Shown here: one piece after another, positions 10,345 to 19,613 of the stretch | How the letters are laid out: each line of letters opens with the position of its first letter | How positions within the stretch are numbered: position 1 is the stretch's first letter | NCBI GenBank assembly: GCA_045592485.1 | Contig: JAZNUS010000037.1 | Span: 133 to 64,132, forward strand | Source: Clostridia bacterium | GTDB lineage: Bacteria; Bacillota; Clostridia; UMGS1810 | DNA: 64,000 nt | Reading direction: 5' to 3' | Translations under genes and position numbers: made by a program | The notes under the pieces: generated by a model | The model's database searches: none | What the model was told of the DNA's origin: nothing | What the model saw: the letters and a program-made list of their open reading frames with translations, nothing else

Positions 10345-10430
10345 GCTTTTTTTAAAAAATTTTTTAAATTTCAGAAAAAATACAGAAAAAAATGAATTTG
10401 GCAGCACAACCTGGTTGTTAAATCTCATTT

Positions 10431-11075
10431 TTACATCATCGAAATAAGCGCAGGAACAAACAAGAGCAAAAGAATAATTCCGATCACAAGAGCAGGCGAC
10501 ATCTTCTTTGTAGGTTCAGCCTGAGTCTTTTTCTCTATCAGACCACATCTCCTGAGTCCACCCACCACGGGCTTATAGACAAGAAGCGTCAATCCTGAAT
10601 TAATGAAGCCTTTAACAAGATTGAAAGGCAAAAACACCGTTGGAAGCATTGCCGCTACTGCTTCACGGGGAATTTTCATATAGATGGGAGTTATATAATA
10701 ATTCCACAAAAGCATAACAACCGTGAGAACAAGTGTTCCAAGAATCAGTCCTGCCACAGCTCCGGGAAGAGTTTTTCTTTTGAGATACACCAGTCCGGCA
10801 GTAACACAAAAGGCGCCGGTGGAAACAAAATTCATCAAAAGACCAATGACACCGGTGTGACTGGCTGTGAGAAATTCGAGAAATGTCACAACGGCAGTTA
10901 CGATAAGTGCATACACAGGTCCCATAACAAAGGAACCGATTACAATAATCACATCCTTAACATCAAACTGTAAAAAACCGCTGACCTGAGGAATGATTTT
11001 GCTCACCATCATAAGAAGATAGGCAATTGCTGAAAGCATTGCGGCACAAGTGATGCTGCGAGTTGAAATTTTCAT
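10431..11075 (-). CDS. ribU: Riboflavin ECF-transporter S component (RibU-like)
   Basis: 214-aa multi-TM protein starting MKISTRSITCAAML at ATG 11075, with an AGGAGGG RBS. It is immediately downstream of an FMN riboswitch. The ORF-track N-terminal extension to 11228 is translated riboswitch sequence. Confidence 0.75.
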   Translation of the reverse strand: MKISTRSITCAAMLSAIAYLLMMVSKIIPQVSGFLQFDVKDVIIVIGSFVMGPVYALIVTAVVTFLEFLTASHTGVIGLLMNFVSTGAFCVTAGLVYLKRKTLPGAVAGLILGTLVLTVVMLLWNYYITPIYMKIPREAVAAMLPTVFLPFNLVKGFINSGLTLLVYKPVVGGLRRCGLIEKKTQAEPTKKMSPALVIGIILLLLFVPALISMM

Positions 11076-11120
11076 GGAATATACCCTCCTTGCAGGAATG
11101 TCTGCTATATAGCCTTTGAG

Positions 11121-11284
11121 CAAAAAGAAAAGCCCCGCCATACAGCGGGGCATAGTGCGCATAAAAACACCGTCTTTTCTCATCCGGACTGTACCGTCGG
11201 CTCCGGAATCACACCGGATCGACCGCAAAATGCGGTTAGCGGGCTTTTACCGCCGGTGGGGAATTGCACCCCGCCCCAAAGACA
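11121..11284 (-). promoter_or_regulatory. FMN riboswitch (RFN element) with terminator expression platform
   Basis: The minus strand reads GGGGCGGGGTGCAATTCCCCACCGGCGGTAAAAGCCCGC...GATCCGGTGTGATTCCGGAGCCGACGGTACAGTCCGGATGAGAAAAGAC. This is followed by hairpin GCCCCGC/GCGGGGC (11132-11151) and a T-run. Confidence 0.9.
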
Positions 11285-11290
11285 ATTCAT

Positions 11291-11319
11291 ATTATACTAC
11301 CTATATTATATTTTGTAAA
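11291..11319 (-). promoter_or_regulatory. SigA-type promoter driving the FMN riboswitch-ribU unit
   Basis: On the minus strand: TTTACA, 17 nt, TATAAT, directly upstream of the aptamer. Confidence 0.6.
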
Positions 11320-11424
11320 GTGTTTTTTGTGTTTTTTGTGATTTTTATTATTTTGGCAACAATAAAAGACAGAGACGGTTTTTGCCGAATCTGCCCTGAT
11401 TTTATTGCGTTCTTAAAAATATGA

Positions 11425-11661
11425 TTAGTTAAGTATCAGAGAAAGAACAAAGGATGTAACGATAAAGAGTGCTGCAGCTACTGCTGTGCATTTTGCAAGG
11501 ATACCGTCAAGAGTTCTTGCCTTATTCTTTCCGAAGAAGGTTTCAGCACCGCCGGCAATTGTACCGGAAAGCCCTTGCTGTGCACCGGACTGGAAAAGAA
11601 CGATAGCTATCATAACAATAGCAATAATAACATGAACTATTGTAAGAATTGTTGTCCACAT
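11425..11661 (-). CDS. secG: Preprotein translocase subunit SecG
   Basis: 78 aa from ATG 11661, after GGAGGTG. Two TM segments flank VLFQSGAQQGLSGTIAGG. Confidence 0.8.
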   Translation of the reverse strand: MWTTILTIVHVIIAIVMIAIVLFQSGAQQGLSGTIAGGAETFFGKNKARTLDGILAKCTAVAAALFIVTSFVLSLILN

Positions 11662-11822
11662 ATTAAACACCTCCAAACAAATCATATGTGTTTTGTTGAT
11701 TATACCACAAAATTATGATTTTGGCAAGACTTATTTTTAAAATATAAAAAATTTTTTTCTTCGCCCCGTTTTTACATTTTTCACGGATCAAATAGCATAT
11801 AATATAAAAAGAGGTGAATCCA

Positions 11823-12698
11823 ATGGATGCAACAGTATATGCAGATGTGCTTTTTCTGATAAATTTTCTGATAAATTTTATTCTTCTTAAAATAACAGAA
11901 ATGTTTTCCAAAAGAAAAATGACAGCTTTAAGACTCTGCCTTGCCGCGGCTTTTGGAGCAGCATATGCTGTGTTTATGTTTTTGCCCCAATTAGAGATTC
12001 TTTACATATTCCCTTTCAAAATGATTGTCTCGCTGATAATGGTACTTATTGCATATCCAAAGTCCGGATCTGTACAAACAGTTAAATGCTGTGCAGTATT
12101 CTATCTGGTATCCTTCTCATTTGCCGGAATATTACTTGCTTTAATATATTTTACCGATTTTGCAAAAAATACATCACCGAAATTATATGATGGAATTTTT
12201 TATTTTGACATTTCGTTGACTACGCTCATTGTGTCATCATTTGTTTCATATGTTGTTCTGATGCTGGCTTCAAGCATTTTCTCAAGGAACAGGAATTTGG
12301 GCATCAGAAATCTCAAAATATGTGTGGATGGCAAAGAGTGTACTCTCACGGCACTCAGCGATACCGGAAATCTTCTGACAGATCCCATATCCAATTCGTC
12401 TGTTATTATAGCCGAAAGGAATCACATCCTTCCTCTTTTTCCCGAAGGAATACCCAGCATAAATGAGCCCCGGGTCAGCTGCTCCAGGCTCAGAATTATT
12501 CCCTATTCGTCTTTGGGAAACGAAAGCGGAATAATGACGGGATTTGTTCCCGATGAAATTATTATTGACGGCAGAAAAATACACGATACAATTGTGGGAA
12601 TAAGCGAAACCGTCCTTTCAAAAACCAACGAATACAATGCCCTGTTCAATCCAAATATAATCAATAACCGGAGGTCACAAAAACCATGCAAGTATTAA
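11823..12698 (+). CDS. spoIIGA: Sigma-E processing aspartic peptidase SpoIIGA
   Basis: Five N-terminal TM segments and the catalytic ALSDTGN motif. ATG at 11823 follows AAAGAGGTGA (the ORF track used GTG 11814). Overlaps the sigE start. Confidence 0.88.
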   Translation: MDATVYADVLFLINFLINFILLKITEMFSKRKMTALRLCLAAAFGAAYAVFMFLPQLEILYIFPFKMIVSLIMVLIAYPKSGSVQTVKCCAVFYLVSFSFAGILLALIYFTDFAKNTSPKLYDGIFYFDISLTTLIVSSFVSYVVLMLASSIFSRNRNLGIRNLKICVDGKECTLTALSDTGNLLTDPISNSSVIIAERNHILPLFPEGIPSINEPRVSCSRLRIIPYSSLGNESGIMTGFVPDEIIIDGRKIHDTIVGISETVLSKTNEYNALFNPNIINNRRSQKPCKY

Positions 12699-13399
12699 CA
12701 AATTTACCAAACAGTTTCAAAAAAATAATTTTTTCATTACTGGCTGTTCCCGATGTTCACTATATTGGAGGTCCCTCTACCCTTCCGCCGCCACTCACCA
12801 AGGAAGAAGAAGAAAAATATATTAAGCTCCTTGAAACAAATCCCTCAGATGCCAAAGGAATTCTCATTGAAAGAAATCTTCGTCTTGTGGTGTACATAGC
12901 AAAGAAATTTGAAAACACCGGAATCAACATTGAAGACCTTATTTCCATTGGCACAATAGGACTTATAAAATCTATAAATACCTTTAATCCCGGAAAGAAA
13001 ATAAAGCTTGCAACTTATGCTTCAAGATGTATTGAAAATGAAATTCTTATGTATCTCAGAAAAAACAGCAACCGACGAATTGAAATTTCTATTGATGAGC
13101 CTCTCAATGTTGACTGGGACGGAAACGAGCTGCTCTTATCTGATATTTTGGGAACAGATTCTGACATAGTGTATCAGGATATTGAAAATGAAGTTGACAA
13201 GCAGCTTCTGACAATTGCTCTCGAACACCTTTCCGAAAGGGAACAAAATATTATGGAGCTTCGTTTCGGGGTGAAAAACGGCGCACAAAAAACGCAGAAA
13301 GAAGTCGCTGATATGTTGGGAATATCACAGTCCTACATATCAAGGCTTGAAAAACGAATTATTCAGAGATTAAAAAAAGATATAGCAAAAATGATATGA
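12686..13399 (+). CDS. sigE: Sporulation sigma factor SigE (pro-sigma-E)
   Basis: 237 aa with an N-terminal pro-sequence, then [17 protein letters not shown], region 2 ([13 protein letters not shown]) and region 4 ([22 protein letters not shown]). Confidence 0.92.
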   Translation: MQVLTNLPNSFKKIIFSLLAVPDVHYIGGPSTLPPPLTKEEEEKYIKLLETNPSDAKGILIERNLRLVVYIAKKFENTGINIEDLISIGTIGLIKSINTFNPGKKIKLATYASRCIENEILMYLRKNSNRRIEISIDEPLNVDWDGNELLLSDILGTDSDIVYQDIENEVDKQLLTIALEHLSEREQNIMELRFGVKNGAQKTQKEVADMLGISQSYISRLEKRIIQRLKKDIAKMI

Positions 13400-13413
13400 T
13401 TTTGCACACAACG

Positions 13414-13457
13414 CAAAAATGCAGGGCGGAGCCTTCAATACCGCCACTGCATTTTTA
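13414..13457 (+). terminator. Terminator after sigE (also faces the convergent gene)
   Basis: AAATGCAGGGCGG ... CCGCCACTGCATTT hairpin followed by TTTTAT. Confidence 0.7.
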
Positions 13458-13520
13458 TGATAAAAACCACCACTTGGATGATTGTTTTTTTATTATTGTC
13501 CAAATCTGAAACAATTATAC

Positions 13521-14459
13521 TTAATCAGACAAGGAATCTATTATTTTATTTATTTCATCATCTGACATGTTCTCGCCTATAACAGCAATGTTTCCATTCT
13601 TTGTGTGAATGTGGTGTGCACCGGGATATGCCGCCTCAAAACCGTCTGTCCCGGATACGATAACCGTAAGGCATCTGTCGGGATTATCTTTTGAAACCGC
13701 AATATAGCTTATTGAACCATCAGTGTTTCCCACAGCTTTTCCAAAGGTCATATCTTCGGGAATAACCGCCCTTGATACAACAGTGTCAGATTTAGCCATT
13801 ATATCTGATGCACCACCTCCGGATGCGGCAGATTTTTTCTCTGGTTCACTTTCCTCGTACTTTTCCTGTGATATATCATAAGCCTTTGCCGGAGCCGGAG
13901 CTGAATTGACATCTTCTGAATCAAAACTGTCGTAGGCTTCATCAAAGGTCTCATCTCCGGAATGAGCCGATTCTGTCTCTGCGTGCATTGTTTCGTCAAG
14001 GGATGCCACCATTGGTGCATTGCTTTCATCAACAGCTGCAGGCTCGTCATAATCTGAGTTTCTTTCCACGGCAGACCCGACACCTGTAATGTTCTGATTA
14101 TCAGTCTGCGATTTTTTTGGTGCCTTCGCTTCGGATTTACTGTTTTGAAGCTTGTCTGAAACTGTATACTGATCGGCAGATTCATTTGTTTTCTCTTCTT
14201 TTGCAGTTACCGTTTCTTCATTTTCCTTCTCTGTTACTACTTTTACATTTGAAGGTGAGTATTGTTCAATTCCGGTATTTTTATAAACTGTTGCTATGCA
14301 TAGTACAAAAACTGCCGTCAACGCAGTTGCAAACACAGGCTTGAAATTAAAGTCGAATTTTCTCTTTTTTCCGGCTTCACCATTTAAAATTGAATGAAGC
14401 AAAGCTCTGTCACCGTGGATTTCATCGTTCATATTTTTGTATGCATCTTTAAAATTCAT
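13521..14459 (-). CDS. Putative membrane anti-sigma factor (single TM, long acidic low-complexity region)
   Basis: It overlaps the stop of the ECF sigma gene. There is a short cytoplasmic N-terminus, TM segment FATALTAVFVLCIATV, and an approximately 170-aa D/E/S-rich stretch. ATG 14459 lies 7 nt after GGAGG. The function is inferred from position only. Confidence 0.5.
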   Translation of the reverse strand: MNFKDAYKNMNDEIHGDRALLHSILNGEAGKKRKFDFNFKPVFATALTAVFVLCIATVYKNTGIEQYSPSNVKVVTEKENEETVTAKEEKTNESADQYTVSDKLQNSKSEAKAPKKSQTDNQNITGVGSAVERNSDYDEPAAVDESNAPMVASLDETMHAETESAHSGDETFDEAYDSFDSEDVNSAPAPAKAYDISQEKYEESEPEKKSAASGGGASDIMAKSDTVVSRAVIPEDMTFGKAVGNTDGSISYIAVSKDNPDRCLTVIVSGTDGFEAAYPGAHHIHTKNGNIAVIGENMSDDEINKIIDSLSD

Positions 14460-14940
14460 AATCATACCTCCCTCCCAGGATTTTTTTGAGTTCGTTTCTT
14501 CCTCTGAAAAGGTGAGATTTGACCGTTGATTCGTTCATTTTCAGAATGCGGGCAATTTCAGAAACGGGCATATCTTCATAATAGTGAAGATGAATGACTG
14601 TAAGATACTTTTTGGGAAGCTTTTGCACATGAGTATACAAGTCGCTGACTTCGGGATCGTTGAAGCTGAGTTCTTCCGAGAGAGGTACGGTTTTTTTAAA
14701 CCACGAACTCGTAAAGGCGCCCTTGCTTAAATTTATTGTAACTTTTATAAGCCACGCCTTGACATGCTCCTCGCTTTCAAAATTCTTGTCGGATTTTATG
14801 TATCGCACAAAAACATCCTGACAAACATCATTTGCAAGCTCTGTGTCTTTTGTTCTGGCGAGAGCAAGACGATACACCATGTCAAAATATTTTTCAGTCA
14901 TTTCCCGTTTAAAAACGCCTGCGCAGTCCGTTTTTGTCAT
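14449..14940 (-). CDS. ECF-type sigma-70 family sigma factor
   Basis: About 163 aa with region 2 (DVCQDVFVRYIK...KAWLIKVTINL) and region 4 (MPVSEIARILKMNESTVKSHLFRGRNELK). ATG 14940 follows GGGGGAG. Confidence 0.85.
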   Translation of the reverse strand: MTKTDCAGVFKREMTEKYFDMVYRLALARTKDTELANDVCQDVFVRYIKSDKNFESEEHVKAWLIKVTINLSKGAFTSSWFKKTVPLSEELSFNDPEVSDLYTHVQKLPKKYLTVIHLHYYEDMPVSEIARILKMNESTVKSHLFRGRNELKKILGGRYDYEF

Positions 14941-15004
14941 CGGCAAACTCCCCCTCTCATTAGTAATACTCTTTTAAGCCTGAAAAGGTTGCAAAATTCT
15001 TTGA

Positions 15005-15508
15005 TTATTTTAATAATTGTGAGTTTTTCATAATTCTGACCGAATATAATGCACATATACCATTGAAACAGCCCGTAATGACCGATGAAATCACAAGGAA
15101 CAAAAAATAATATGCCACAGCTATCTGACCGGTTATGAGAATTGCCACGGCAATCTGACCAAGGTTATGGGCAAATGCCGCAAAAACGCTTACTGCCCAC
15201 ATATTATCTTCGGACATATATTTTGAAAGCAAGCACATAACCGAAAAACTCAGCAATCCCCCGGCAAGACTGAATGTCAGAGACATTGCCTGTCCAAAAA
15301 GAATTGACGAAAGAAATATTCGCAGCATTAAAACTGCGAATGCTTCTTTTTTTCCGAGCAGGTATATACATACTAAGGTTACAATATTTGCAATTCCCGG
15401 CTTCACACCGGGAACCGGCACTATTGGCGGTATTGCACATTCAAGTCCGTATAAGCCCAGTGCCGCAGCAACGAAAAGTGAAGCAAGCACAAGTTTTCGA
15501 GTTCTCAT
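15005..15508 (-). CDS. Gx-transporter-like small polytopic membrane protein
   Basis: 167 aa with 5 predicted TM segments. It is paired with a NusG-domain-II-like gene, which is the usual arrangement. Confidence 0.5.
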   Translation of the reverse strand: MRTRKLVLASLFVAAALGLYGLECAIPPIVPVPGVKPGIANIVTLVCIYLLGKKEAFAVLMLRIFLSSILFGQAMSLTFSLAGGLLSFSVMCLLSKYMSEDNMWAVSVFAAFAHNLGQIAVAILITGQIAVAYYFLFLVISSVITGCFNGICALYSVRIMKNSQLLK

Positions 15509-15510
15509 TT

Positions 15511-15879
15511 TTATGCTCCTATGGTAAGGTCAACATCGCTTTCATCATCTGTCAGTTTTATGACAACATTATTGGGAAGGCATACAATAGGTCTTGCTCC
15601 GCCACTGACAGCCCCCTGTTTTATGCATAGCTTATCCGGGCAATCTGCTTCTATAACGGATATCTGCCCTTTTTCAACAAAAACTATATTTCCGTCAAGC
15701 TCGATGGTATATGCTTTTGTAACCATTGAAAGATCTATTTTGTGAATAAGTTTTCCATCCTCATAAATACATGCATATTTTTTCGGTTCCTGTTGATTAT
15801 TGAGATACACAATTCCCGCAGCTGCTGCTATGGCTGCAACGGAGAAGCATGCCGCAAGAAACTTTGTAGATTTTTTCAT
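15511..15879 (-). CDS. NusG domain II-like small secreted or anchored protein
   Basis: 122 aa with an N-terminal signal or anchor and a beta-rich body (IELDGNIVFVEKGQISVIEADCPDKLCIKQG). Confidence 0.5.
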   Translation of the reverse strand: MKKSTKFLAACFSVAAIAAAAGIVYLNNQQEPKKYACIYEDGKLIHKIDLSMVTKAYTIELDGNIVFVEKGQISVIEADCPDKLCIKQGAVSGGARPIVCLPNNVVIKLTDDESDVDLTIGA

Positions 15880-16856
15880 TTCAAATCATCTCCCTTTATA
15901 TAATTAGCATATTCATCTATAACATTCATAAGTTCCTGAAGGCTTTCAGTTTTGCAAACTTCGTTTCTCACCGTCGAACCGGATTTCATTCCTTTGGTGT
16001 ACCATGCCACATGCTTTCTTGCCTCACGGATGCCAACGCGCTCGCCTTTGAGTTCACACAAAAGATTTATATGCTGCTTCATAACGGAAAGTCTTTGTTC
16101 CCAGTCAGGATTTGTTGTGACACTTCCGGAGGACAGGTACTCTCTGATCTGAGAGAAAATAAAAGGATTTCCTTCTGCTCCGCGTGCCACCATAACTGCA
16201 TCGCAGCCGGTATCTTTAAGCATACCGGCGGCATCTTCGGCAGTGAATATGTCACCGTTACCAATCACAGGAATGGAAACTGCATTCTTAACCTCTGTAA
16301 TTTTACTGCGATAAGCTGTTCCCGAATAATACATAGCCGCAGTTCTTCCGTGGACTGTGATTGCCGATGCACCGCTGTCTTCTATGATTTTTGCAAGGTC
16401 GGTCATATCTACAAATTCCTTTATGCCGCATCTGACCTTACATGTTACGGGAATCGACACTGACTCTGACACAGATTTAACTATCCGTCCTATAAGAGCA
16501 AAATCCTTAAGGAGTGAGCTTCCGTCTCCGTTTGATGTGACCTTTGGTGCCGGGCAACCCATATTTATGTCAACAAGAGGGAAACCCATTTGCTCTACTT
16601 TGCAGGCGGCTTCCGCCATTATTTCAGGTTCGCTTCCGAAAATCTGAACTGCCATGGGTGCTTCGCGTGGATCGGTCTGAAGAAGTGAAAAGGTTTTTTT
16701 GTCGTTGTAGTGCATTGCCTTGGCACTTACCATTTCAGAGTACACAAGACCTGCACCCCATTTTTTGCAGATTATACGGAAAGCAAGATCTGTTACACCT
16801 GCCATTGGAGCAAGAAATATGTTATTTTCAATTTTAAAATTTCCAATCGTCAACAT
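15876..16856 (-). CDS. dusB: tRNA-dihydrouridine synthase
   Basis: 326 aa with LAPMAGVTDLAFR, VDINMGCPAPKV and ITVHGRT motifs. Confidence 0.9.
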   Translation of the reverse strand: MLTIGNFKIENNIFLAPMAGVTDLAFRIICKKWGAGLVYSEMVSAKAMHYNDKKTFSLLQTDPREAPMAVQIFGSEPEIMAEAACKVEQMGFPLVDINMGCPAPKVTSNGDGSSLLKDFALIGRIVKSVSESVSIPVTCKVRCGIKEFVDMTDLAKIIEDSGASAITVHGRTAAMYYSGTAYRSKITEVKNAVSIPVIGNGDIFTAEDAAGMLKDTGCDAVMVARGAEGNPFIFSQIREYLSSGSVTTNPDWEQRLSVMKQHINLLCELKGERVGIREARKHVAWYTKGMKSGSTVRNEVCKTESLQELMNVIDEYANYIKGDDLK

Positions 16857-16936
16857 AGCTTTTCCTTTTATTTTTCCAGAATTATATGTTAATTATTAAT
16901 TATTTGTAAGGCACGGTACATACCTCATTATGAGTT

Positions 16937-16979
16937 GTAAAAAAGAGGTAACAGTCAGCCAAGCGCTCCCGTTACCCCT
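16937..16979 (-). terminator. Terminator after nrdR
   Basis: The minus strand reads AGGGGTAAC...GTTACCTCT followed by TTTTTAC. Confidence 0.6.
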
Positions 16980-16992
16980 GATATAATTATAT

Positions 16993-17448
16993 TTATTTTG
17001 AGTGTATAAGGGTGCTCAGTTCATCCATAAACGAATTGATGTCTCTGAACTCACGGTATACAGATGCAAAACGAACATATGCAATGTCATTGAGCTTTTT
17101 AAGCTTTTCCATAACAAGCTCACCAATCTCTGTGGATGTTACTTCACGATCGAGAGTGTTATTGAGAACGCTCTCAATCTCAAGTACAACTGCTTCAATC
17201 TGTGCAAAGCTGACAGTTGTTTTTTCACAAGCTTTCAAAAGTCCGTTAAGAAGCTTCTGTCTGTTATATGCCTGACGCTTGCCATCTTTCTTGATGATAA
17301 TAAGAGGAACAGACTCAATTTGTTCGTAGGTAGTGAACCTTTTTTCGCATTTGAGACATTCACGACGGCGTCTGATTGATGAGCCGTCATCAATAGGCCG
17401 TGAATCAATTACTTTACTTTCGAGATATTCGCAATAAGGACATTTCAT
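16993..17448 (-). CDS. nrdR: Transcriptional repressor NrdR
   Basis: Zinc ribbon (MKCPYCEY...CLKCEKRF) plus an ATP-cone. ATG 17448 lies 8 nt after GGAGG. Confidence 0.92.
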   Translation of the reverse strand: MKCPYCEYLESKVIDSRPIDDGSSIRRRRECLKCEKRFTTYEQIESVPLIIIKKDGKRQAYNRQKLLNGLLKACEKTTVSFAQIEAVVLEIESVLNNTLDREVTSTEIGELVMEKLKKLNDIAYVRFASVYREFRDINSFMDELSTLIHSK

Positions 17449-17534
17449 TTTTAAAGCCTCCTGTACACCCAATGGATGTATGTTTCTTCAATTGTCGAAA
17501 TTTGTCATAACGCACTGCATATGACAGAGAAATT

Positions 17535-17572
17535 TTTAAACAAATATGCTGTATGATACATACAGCATATTT
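17535..17572 (-). terminator. Terminator after ftsZ
   Basis: AAATATGCTGTATG / CATACAGCATATTT hairpin at 17542-17572. Confidence 0.65.
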
Positions 17573-17584
17573 GAAAACTATTTA

Positions 17585-18646
17585 TTATCTTCTGTTAAGA
17601 AAATCGGGGATTTCGAATCCGCCTACATCAGCGAAAGTGTCGGAAGACATAACATCACCGATACTGTCTTTGGAAGCTTTGGAATCTTCAAAGCCTGTTG
17701 CAACAACAGTAATAACGATTTCATCGCCCAGGGATTCATCAATTGATGTACCGAAAATGATATTTGCATCGGGATCAACAAGCTGATGAACAAGTTCGGA
17801 AGCCTGTTCGATTTCCATAAGACCAAGATCGCTTGAGCCTGCGACATTGAGTACAACCTTCTTTGCACCGTCGATTGTTGTTTCGAGAAGAGGACTGTAG
17901 ATTGCATCTTTAACAGCTTCTTCTGCTCTGTTATCTCCGGAAGCACGGCCGATACCCATATGAGCAACACCGGTATTTCTCATTACAGATGAAATATCGG
18001 CAAAGTCAAGGTTGATGTAACCGGGGCTTGTGATAAGGTCGGAAATACCTTTTACACCCTGGCTGAGAATTTTGTCTGCCATTTTGAAAGCATCTTTCAT
18101 AGATGTTTTTCTGTCACATATGTCAAGGAGTTTGTTATTGGGAATAACAACAAGTGCATCAACGCAGTCTTTGAGAACCTCAATACCTTTTTCAGCGCGT
18201 TCCATTCTCTGTTTGCCTTCAAATGCAAAAGGCTTGGTAACAACACCAACTGTAAGGATGCCCATTTCTTTCGCTATTGATGCAACTGTGGGAGCTGCGC
18301 CTGTACCGGTACCGCCGCCCATACCTGCTGTAACAAACACCATGTTTGCATCGGCAAGAGACTGTTTGATTTCGTCGCGGCTTTCTTCTGCCGCCTTCTG
18401 TCCGATTTCCGGGTTTGCTCCGGCACCGAGACCTTTTGTAAGCTTTTCACCTATCTGAATTTTGCCGTTTGCTTTTGTGGCATTTTCGCCAAAAAGCACC
18501 TGCTTGTCTGTATTGATTGCTATAAACTGAACGCCTGAAAGTCCGTCTTCGATCATACGGTCAAGGGCATTGTTTCCGCCGCCGCCGACGCCGACAACTT
18601 TCATATTGGCACCAACTATTTCTCTTTCGTTATCAAATTCTAACAC
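17585..18646 (-). CDS. ftsZ: Cell division GTPase FtsZ
   Basis: GVGGGGNNA and [10 protein letters not shown] signatures. GTG start lies 8 nt after AGGAGG. Confidence 0.97.
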   Translation of the reverse strand: MLEFDNEREIVGANMKVVGVGGGGNNALDRMIEDGLSGVQFIAINTDKQVLFGENATKANGKIQIGEKLTKGLGAGANPEIGQKAAEESRDEIKQSLADANMVFVTAGMGGGTGTGAAPTVASIAKEMGILTVGVVTKPFAFEGKQRMERAEKGIEVLKDCVDALVVIPNNKLLDICDRKTSMKDAFKMADKILSQGVKGISDLITSPGYINLDFADISSVMRNTGVAHMGIGRASGDNRAEEAVKDAIYSPLLETTIDGAKKVVLNVAGSSDLGLMEIEQASELVHQLVDPDANIIFGTSIDESLGDEIVITVVATGFEDSKASKDSIGDVMSSDTFADVGGFEIPDFLNRR

Positions 18647-18814
18647 GGTTCTTTCCTCCTATATCCCATATTAATTATAAATTATATCATAACATTGTGC
18701 ATAATGCTATAGTTTTTTTGATGTTTTTATAAATTTGTACAAATTAAACAATTTTCTTTTGCTTATAAGGTAATAATTACTGTCAGTGTGAGTCCGCCGG
18801 CAAATTCCGTGCTT

Positions 18815-19612
18815 TTATGACATTCTGCTGGTGACATTTTCCGTGTCGGCAAGCTCGATAACACCGCCGGCTTGTGATTCGGGAAGTTCTGCAAGAATTG
18901 CCTTTAAATAAGCTATTTTGTATTCAATATTGTTGCCGTCTTCATCTCCGTCCTCGCCCATGTTTACAAGGGTGTCCGTGGTAAGAGTCATGCGTATGTT
19001 TTTAAGGTTTGATATGTCTATCGATTTAATGCTTGAAAGTATGCCCTGATTTTTAAGCTCAACAAGCATTCTTACAACAAGATCTGTCAGAAGAGGTGCA
19101 TTGTCGGAGTCAATTTTCACATACTGCCCCTTAACTGAATCCTTTGCCTGTATGCCGTATATAACGGGGACCTTTTCCTCAATTGCCGACGATGTCAGAA
19201 GTATGAGACCGTTTTCATCAATTCCCGTATATGTGGCTTTTTCCTTTATATAGGCACATTCACTGCGTTCATCTACCTGAATTATAATTGAATCGGGCAA
19301 TGACCTTACTATTCTTACATCAGTTACCCTGCCCAGACCAATAAGCTTGTCACGAACCTCTGTTTCACTTACAGAAAAGAGATTGCACCCCTTTTCAACG
19401 CCGGATGCCTTCATAACATCTTCAGCCTTTAGCTTTACGAGTCCTTCAACGCTTACATTTTCCACCTTGAAAATGGGCGACATCAGAATAAGCACCACGG
19501 CTATTATAACCAAGCACAAAATGCCCGCCGCCTTTGCCCTTTTGAGAGTAATTTTATATGGTGTTTTTCTTTTGACCGCAGGTGCCGCATTATTTGAAGT
19601 TTCTGTTGCCAT
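18815..19612 (-). CDS. ftsQ: Cell division protein FtsQ/DivIB (TM + POTRA)
   Basis: One TM segment (ILCLVIIAVVLILMSPIF), then a POTRA-like VENVSVEGLVKLKAEDV. ATG at 19612 follows AGAGAGGA. Confidence 0.8.
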   Translation of the reverse strand: MATETSNNAAPAVKRKTPYKITLKRAKAAGILCLVIIAVVLILMSPIFKVENVSVEGLVKLKAEDVMKASGVEKGCNLFSVSETEVRDKLIGLGRVTDVRIVRSLPDSIIIQVDERSECAYIKEKATYTGIDENGLILLTSSAIEEKVPVIYGIQAKDSVKGQYVKIDSDNAPLLTDLVVRMLVELKNQGILSSIKSIDISNLKNIRMTLTTDTLVNMGEDGDEDGNNIEYKIAYLKAILAELPESQAGGVIELADTENVTSRMS

Positions 19613-19613
19613 T

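Noticed and set aside
11076-11228. N-terminal extension of the ribU ORF (track start 11228)
   Set aside because: The extension is the translated FMN riboswitch and terminator. A proper RBS and ATG occur at 11075.
11663-11911. 82-aa minus-strand ORF
   Set aside because: It spans the secG-spoIIGA divergent spacer and overlaps the spoIIGA start in antisense. No RBS.
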